From a virus: a DNA stretch of 64,000 nt. The stretch covers positions 1 through 64,000 of the IMG/VR virus record IMGVR_UViG_3300032242_002636. One strand, given 5' to 3'. A program made the translations under genes and the position numbers. This document shows positions 58,459-64,000 of the stretch, piece by piece. The notes below the pieces were generated by a model. That model saw only the letters and a list, made by a program, of their open reading frames with translations, did not search any database and was not told where the DNA came from. Positions within the stretch are counted from its first letter, which is position 1. The number at the start of each line of letters is the position of its first letter.

Positions 58459-60270
58459 TCAAGGTGCTATGGAAGTTTTACCGTCTTTCTTCTCTAACTT
58501 AATAATTGCATCAAAGTTAGAATTAACAGCAGCCTTATTATGAGATATGATATAAACAGCCTCATCATATTTGTCGGTTCTTTCTCTTAAAATCTCAAGA
58601 ATTTTGTTAACTCCCTTCTCATCTAAGGCAGAATCAAACAACTCATCATACATACTCAGATTGAAAGCAACACCTGTCTGCATTCTTAGTATATCTTGGA
58701 ACATAAAGAGGATAGCAATGTCTATTCTCTTTCTTTCACCACCACTAAAATTGAAATAGGAACATTCCTTGCCTTGTGTATTGTAGATTGTTTCTTCAAA
58801 CATCTCATTGAATTCACATGTACAAGGAGCATCAAGAGTTTTTAGATAGAAATTAAGCTGTGCATTCAGTACAGAAAGCATTTTCTTGACGATAAAAGTT
58901 TTAACACCTTCTTCAGATACAACAAACTTTGCAGTTTCTAAAACCAAAAGATGTTTTTGCAAATCAGAAATGTTTTTTTCCAGATTCTCTATTTTCTTTT
59001 GAGCATCTTCTATCTTTTTATCATCTTTGAACTCTTCCTTTTCTATCTCTTCGATGTTTTCTTGATACTCTTCTATTTTTTCCTCTAAGGATTTTATTTT
59101 CTGCTCATGTAAAGCAGAATTTGATATCTCATCCTTATAATCTTTGATCTCATCCTTAAGAGTTTCTATGTTATTGGTAATCTTTGAACCGAAAGCAGTT
59201 TTTTCAGATCCTATCTTCTTATTTTCATCATAGATGGGTTGGTTAATAGAAATTAACTCATCTAATTTTTTAATTTCACTTTCAATATACTGTAAATCAT
59301 CTTCACAATACTGTCTGTTGCAAGTAGGGCATACATTTCCCTTATCTAATATCTTTTGCTTCTCTTTTTTAGCTTGGTTTATAGTATTATAAGCTTCGGA
59401 TTTATTTTCTCCTATCTCTACTATTTCTCTGTTTGTTTCGATCAATAATTCTCTGAGCTTTTCAATCTTATCCTCATTATTCTTTATCTTTTCCTTTAAA
59501 GAAGAAATTTCAGGAATGTCTTTTTTTCTCAATGAGGCTAAATCATTTTTGGTAACATCAATTTTCTTATTAATACTCTCTATTCTTTCTGATTTGTTCT
59601 CATCAAATCCTTCCTTACTGTTTTCTAAAAACTCTAGTATTCTTTGTTCTGAAGAAAAATCTTTGGATAGGAATTCGTTTTCCTTTTTCTTTTCATTGTA
59701 GTCTGCTCTTGTCTTTAAAAGCATCTCACCAAAGATTCCAAGATTTAAAATACCTTCAACAAACTTTCTCTTATCAATCTTTTTCTGTGCCATGAAGGGC
59801 ATGGTATTATTTGCCGTCATGATCACAGCATTTTGAAATACTTCTTCGTTTGCTCCTATCAGTTGCTTGATATACTCATCAGTCTTCGGCATCGTAGAAA
59901 GAGAAATATCTTCTAAAGATAAGTCTCCATACTTCTCTAAGAGAAGTTTACTAGGCTCCAATGATCTAGTTAATTTATAAGATGTGGAAACCTTGCCGTC
60001 TTCAATAGCAAATTCCAAAACTACAACAGAACCTCCTTTGCTTTGGTTGTGTACTATCTTGTCCTTTTTAATATCTCTGATAGTAGAACCAAACAAAGCC
60101 CAATAAATTGACTCTATAAGAGAGCTTTTACCAACACCATTCCTGCCACCATTGTCTTTATTCTCTCCAGTTATCAGAGAGATTCCCTTCTTAAAATCTA
60201 AAGAGACTTCTTCTTTTCCTATAGATAGGAAATTCTTGATTGAAATACTATTAAACTTAATTTTTTTCAC
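58459..60270 (-). CDS. SbcC/Rad50-like recombination endonuclease subunit (gp46-like)
   Basis: NFLSIG, NGVGKSS, CPTC hook, FSGGE, DELFD, ISH. Confidence 0.95.
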   Translation of the reverse strand: MKKIKFNSISIKNFLSIGKEEVSLDFKKGISLITGENKDNGGRNGVGKSSLIESIYWALFGSTIRDIKKDKIVHNQSKGGSVVVLEFAIEDGKVSTSYKLTRSLEPSKLLLEKYGDLSLEDISLSTMPKTDEYIKQLIGANEEVFQNAVIMTANNTMPFMAQKKIDKRKFVEGILNLGIFGEMLLKTRADYNEKKKENEFLSKDFSSEQRILEFLENSKEGFDENKSERIESINKKIDVTKNDLASLRKKDIPEISSLKEKIKNNEDKIEKLRELLIETNREIVEIGENKSEAYNTINQAKKEKQKILDKGNVCPTCNRQYCEDDLQYIESEIKKLDELISINQPIYDENKKIGSEKTAFGSKITNNIETLKDEIKDYKDEISNSALHEQKIKSLEEKIEEYQENIEEIEKEEFKDDKKIEDAQKKIENLEKNISDLQKHLLVLETAKFVVSEEGVKTFIVKKMLSVLNAQLNFYLKTLDAPCTCEFNEMFEETIYNTQGKECSYFNFSGGERKRIDIAILFMFQDILRMQTGVAFNLSMYDELFDSALDEKGVNKILEILRERTDKYDEAVYIISHNKAAVNSNFDAIIKLEKKDGKTSIAP

Positions 60271-60301
60271 TTTTATTAGTATATACTAAAATAAAGTAAT
60301 T

Positions 60302-61045
60302 TCAACCTGATAGTATATCTTTATTATTCCAATAAAATTTCTCATTAGGATATGAATTAATTGTTTTAAATTCTAATTTTCTAGGTTCTCCAAACATTCC
60401 CTCTATTCCAGAATCGGTCTTAGAATATTTCTTATTGAATATAAAGTCTCTGTTATATGCAGTATAGTGCATGATTCCTGTTTTAACACCACTTGGTTTA
60501 CTTCCATCATGTGCATTAATAATCCCACTCATCATTGGTTTATGAACCTTCTTACCTATCTCCTCTAGTCTCCAAAACATATCGGTATCTTCTTCTCCTA
60601 TTCCTAATAATCTTTCTTCAAACCATCCTACCTTTTCTACTAATTTTCTATTAATAAAATAATGCGACCAAGAACCATTTATGGCAAATGCTTCTGTATC
60701 TTTATGGTTATCTGCTATGTTAGATAAAGATTCAAAAGAAAAATTCCTATCTATAATAACATCATCATTTAGGATTAAATTCCAATCTTTAGGGCTATTT
60801 ATTAGGATTGTATTCCATAATTTAGCCAAGCTCCTGAATTCAGGAAACATAGAAACTATGCAATTAGGAGTTTCACTTGCTAGTTTCAATATTTTTTTCC
60901 TATAGTCTTCATCAATAGGTTGATTGTACTCTCCGTTAACAGCAAGTATTATAGTCCAATTACCTCTTTCTCTTATAGAAGATATTAGATTTTTAACTCT
61001 TTCAAATCTGGCTTTAAAGGTTGTTATTCCTATTGCAAAACTCAT
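60302..61045 (-). CDS. glycosyltransferase family 2
   Basis: WN, LNDD DxD-like motif, GWFEER..G.EDTD. Confidence 0.8.
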   Translation of the reverse strand: MSFAIGITTFKARFERVKNLISSIRERGNWTIILAVNGEYNQPIDEDYRKKILKLASETPNCIVSMFPEFRSLAKLWNTILINSPKDWNLILNDDVIIDRNFSFESLSNIADNHKDTEAFAINGSWSHYFINRKLVEKVGWFEERLLGIGEEDTDMFWRLEEIGKKVHKPMMSGIINAHDGSKPSGVKTGIMHYTAYNRDFIFNKKYSKTDSGIEGMFGEPRKLEFKTINSYPNEKFYWNNKDILSG

Positions 61046-61937
61046 AAAACTTATTTAGCACAGCATCGAATCTTTGGATTGATGTATGATTGTTTAAAAC
61101 ATTTTGATAGCCATTATTTGCTATTCTTTCTCTTTCTTTATCGTTCTTGGAATAGAAGTTTATTTTTTCTATGGCATCTTCCATGCTATCGTAAAAAACA
61201 ATATCCTCTCCATCGGTAAAGAGCGTGTCTAATCCTCTTTCAAAAGGAAGTCTGTCTGTCATCACCATTCTTTTACAATACATTCCTTCAAATATTCTTC
61301 TGGAAACTTCTCCGTATCTACTATTTTGAATTACAATTTTTCCTGTGCTAAGAAGATCTCTCTGTAGAATATTAAAGTCTCTTTTATTAGAGAATCTATT
61401 GCCTATTCTTGATTTAAGCTCATCTAGAAATGGTGTGTCTCCGTCTCCTCGTGTGCTTACGACATCATATGTTGGTTTGATATCAGGATTTTCTGAACCT
61501 TCTAATGCATCTGCAAAGTGTGTCCAGTAAATTGCATCTATATCTCTCTTTTTATACTCCTGTAATGAAACCAAATCAGGAGTCAGAACAAGATCAAAGT
61601 TCCATGCCTTATTAGAATTGTTACCAAAGCACTGAGGATCGTCTCCAGCTTCCATTACGGTATAGATGTCTGGAAAGTATTGCCTATCAAGTAAGGGATG
61701 ATTAAAAGCTCCATAATCCATATGGAAGATTATGTCTGGTTTATATTGACCACTTTGTATATGTTGGTATAAAGCAGTCAATCCAGATATTGAATACTGT
61801 TTATTCCTGTCATATAAAGAATATATACGACCTTTTATATTTCTTCTCTTGGATTCATTAACTATGGAGAGGGGAGTAGACCATCTCTCATCAGGCATCC
61901 ATGCAAAAAGAAAAGCTATGTTAAGATTATTTTCCAT
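61014..61937 (-). CDS. glycosyltransferase (CgeB/Glyco_trans_1_2-like, GT-B)
   Basis: RRIFEG, LF.DGEDIV.Y, ER.RIA..GY..V...HT...R. Confidence 0.8.
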   Translation of the reverse strand: MENNLNIAFLFAWMPDERWSTPLSIVNESKRRNIKGRIYSLYDRNKQYSISGLTALYQHIQSGQYKPDIIFHMDYGAFNHPLLDRQYFPDIYTVMEAGDDPQCFGNNSNKAWNFDLVLTPDLVSLQEYKKRDIDAIYWTHFADALEGSENPDIKPTYDVVSTRGDGDTPFLDELKSRIGNRFSNKRDFNILQRDLLSTGKIVIQNSRYGEVSRRIFEGMYCKRMVMTDRLPFERGLDTLFTDGEDIVFYDSMEDAIEKINFYSKNDKERERIANNGYQNVLNNHTSIQRFDAVLNKFYEFCNRNNNL

Positions 61938-62658
61938 CTATTCTATCATGACAGAATAATCCATCACCTGTTATTACATTAAAATCTTGATTACTCCACC
62001 AAGATGTTGCTGCTGTTTCTATGTCTGTATTATCAATACAGAATTGAGGAATGATATGCTTCTTATAAAAGTCCCTTCTAAAGATACAGGGATTGTTTGT
62101 AAAGTTAGCATTGGCTGATTTGAATTTATACCATATAGGAGATTCACTTATCTTCTTACAGTATTCAGGAAAATCTAAATCGGGTGTATCTCTCCAGTGT
62201 GTACATTCTGCCAAATGAGTCATGCATCTGTGTTCTTGACCAGTAAACCAAGATGAATACAAAGGATTACCGGGATTTTTTCTATGTCTGAGTCTTGCAA
62301 CATCCGCTATTTCATTGTTTATTAATTCTGTTCCTGTTTTTAAAATATCTATTACTTTCTGTTTATCTTTTTCTATGAGAAAAAAATCATCTTCCAATAA
62401 AAGAATATTATTAGATATACAATTTTCTACAAGCCATTTAAAACCAGCGGCTATCCATTTATTACTATCTGCTACATAAGTTTCTACATTAAAATCCTTG
62501 AGAACATCAACAGTCTCTTTTACTAAAGAAGAAGGATTAACATATACACTAATCTGTTTGAATTCTTCATTAATACCCTTTTCAAAAATACTGTTTAATG
62601 TATTTCTAAGAGTATTTGGAGCATTATAAGTTAAAATTCCTAAAGTTAAATCATTCAT
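61927..62658 (-). CDS. glycosyltransferase (GT-A)
   Basis: ILTYN, LLLEDDF, FTNNP. Confidence 0.7.
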   Translation of the reverse strand: MNDLTLGILTYNAPNTLRNTLNSIFEKGINEEFKQISVYVNPSSLVKETVDVLKDFNVETYVADSNKWIAAGFKWLVENCISNNILLLEDDFFLIEKDKQKVIDILKTGTELINNEIADVARLRHRKNPGNPLYSSWFTGQEHRCMTHLAECTHWRDTPDLDFPEYCKKISESPIWYKFKSANANFTNNPCIFRRDFYKKHIIPQFCIDNTDIETAATSWWSNQDFNVITGDGLFCHDRIDGK

Positions 62659-63914
62659 AGAGGTGTTGTAGTGATATCGTCATTATAGATATATGTATGA
62701 ATGACTTTATCTATATGATACTCTGTTTTAGCCTCTTTTGCAAGTTGTTCTGCCCAAAACCAATCTTCTGAATAGTTCTTATCACTAAAAGTATATTTTT
62801 TTCCTAATTCAGATTTCCATGCACATACATGGAAAGGAACTCTGTTAATATATCCATCGGGATAATACTCTTCATTAATTTTATTGTTAAGAGAAAAGTT
62901 TATAACCGATACTGGTTTGTCATTTACATAGCAATATTGTTTGAACGTAACAACATCAGGATTATGTTTTATTCCTTCTAGGAGTGAATCTACATAATCA
63001 TCAGATATATCATCATCATCATCTACGAATGCCATGTATCTTCCGTTAGCCATCTGAACCAATGTTTCTCTTTTGGCTCCTATACTTCTCTTCCTATTAT
63101 CAAGGAAAACAAGATGCTCTACTTTTTTATCTCCTATTTGGTTTTTTATCTTCTCTATCAGTTTTTTAAGATGGGAATCTACTCTTTCGTAAACAGAAGG
63201 TGTTAATATAGAAAGCAAAGGTTTATTCAAATCAAGATCAAATTTTCTTTCTTTTCTTTTCTCGTAGGTTTCTCTGTCTATGTTAAAATAAGATTCGTTT
63301 CTAATATATAACTCATCATAATTTGTCTTTTGATAGACAGGATGTTGATGTTCAATGATGACTTTATCAGAACGATAAACCTTTTTAAGCTGAATGGAAA
63401 CATCGGTGAATTCGTTGTCACACCAGAGACTGATATAATCTGGATGGTAGATATAACCAAAGTGGTCATAGTATTTTTTACCTAAAATACAAAGAGTATT
63501 GATATTGTTCTGTCCACCATCGCTATACCAGAGAACTCCATCGGTATCTCTAAAGTATTCATTCATATCCTTTCGGATAATGTCATCATATCCTTTTATT
63601 ACAGGAATCATGTCATCGGATGCTAGTAAAACTATATCCCAACCATTAATTTTTTCCATATCAGCATTAATGGCTTGCATCTTTGTTTTACTATTACCAA
63701 AGAAGTATGCAATCTTATATTTCTCTTTGTATGAATCTAATCTACTTCTAATAATAAGATTGTTCATACTAGAATCATCATCATCCAATGAAATCAGAAA
63801 GGCTATCTTCGATGGATCGGTAGCCATTTCAATATATCTATTCAATACATTAAAAAACTTTTCTGGTCTTCCTCTAGTTGGAAACTTAATTAATATTTTT
63901 AAATTCTTATGCAT
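62655..63914 (-). CDS. two-domain GT2 glycosyltransferase
   Basis: PTRGRP..ASDD..CDNE domain plus LSILTPS..IGAKR..FVDDDD..SED domain. Confidence 0.85.
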   Translation of the reverse strand: MHKNLKILIKFPTRGRPEKFFNVLNRYIEMATDPSKIAFLISLDDDDSSMNNLIIRSRLDSYKEKYKIAYFFGNSKTKMQAINADMEKINGWDIVLLASDDMIPVIKGYDDIIRKDMNEYFRDTDGVLWYSDGGQNNINTLCILGKKYYDHFGYIYHPDYISLWCDNEFTDVSIQLKKVYRSDKVIIEHQHPVYQKTNYDELYIRNESYFNIDRETYEKRKERKFDLDLNKPLLSILTPSVYERVDSHLKKLIEKIKNQIGDKKVEHLVFLDNRKRSIGAKRETLVQMANGRYMAFVDDDDDISDDYVDSLLEGIKHNPDVVTFKQYCYVNDKPVSVINFSLNNKINEEYYPDGYINRVPFHVCAWKSELGKKYTFSDKNYSEDWFWAEQLAKEAKTEYHIDKVIHTYIYNDDITTTPL

Positions 63915-63917
63915 ATT

Positions 63918-64000
63918 TTAACCTCCTGATGGATAGTAGTAGTAAATTGGTCCTTTAATATAGACTTCTGTTTTTAATTTTCCTTTGAGTGCTTCAGAAA
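63918..64000 (-). CDS. partial CDS (3' end), probable GT2 glycosyltransferase
   Basis: ...SEALKGKLKTEVYIKGPIYYYYPSGG* resembles the C-terminus of the neighbouring GT2 (KTEYHIDKVIHTYIY). Confidence 0.5.
   Translation of the reverse strand, partial: SEALKGKLKTEVYIKGPIYYYYPSGG

Noticed and set aside
524-63921. Numerous 60-140 aa antisense or nested ORFs in the track
   Set aside because: They lie fully within well-supported genes and have no motifs or promoter signals.
1-64000. Stop-codon reassignment
   Set aside because: Core genes are full length in code 11, TAA, TAG and TGA all end genes, and no suppressor tRNA is seen.
1-64000. CRISPR array or cas genes
   Set aside because: No regularly spaced direct repeats found; the 19670 nuclease lacks the Cas4 Fe-S Cys pattern and cas context.

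Overview
This is a 64-kb, AT-rich segment of a large T4-like (contractile-tailed) dsDNA bacteriophage genome using the standard genetic code. The left part (1-25 kb) is accessory and nucleotide-metabolism DNA: purA, 5'-nucleotidase, dCMP deaminase, nrdA/nrdB, phoH, four tRNAs, HNH and GIY-YIG endonucleases, a ubiquitin-like MoaD/ThiS protein, an Ntn-hydrolase and a MoxR-type AAA + metallopeptidase-vWA pair. The middle (25.5-45.4 kb, + strand) holds tail sheath, tube and baseplate genes and a terminase large subunit with a class 3 intein. The right part (- strand) holds the T4-type replication/recombination core (clamp, gp32, gp41, UvsX, ThyX, PolB, gp46) and a glycosyltransferase cluster. Three observations stand out. 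(1) A stand-alone promoter-to-terminator transcript at about 72-260 contains a covariation-supported twister ribozyme plus a mutually exclusive helix. (2) A set of unrelated late proteins share N-terminal leaders (K-D-x3-[LI]-x-E-x-[YF]-x2-[VL] and M-x-F-x-D-Y-Y-like) resembling capsid-targeting propeptides, including an Ntn-hydrolase whose catalytic Cys directly follows an I-N-E site. (3) Expression appears SD-free and mostly leaderless, with a TAA(A/G)TA late promoter. All calls come from manual motif reading; no searches were run.
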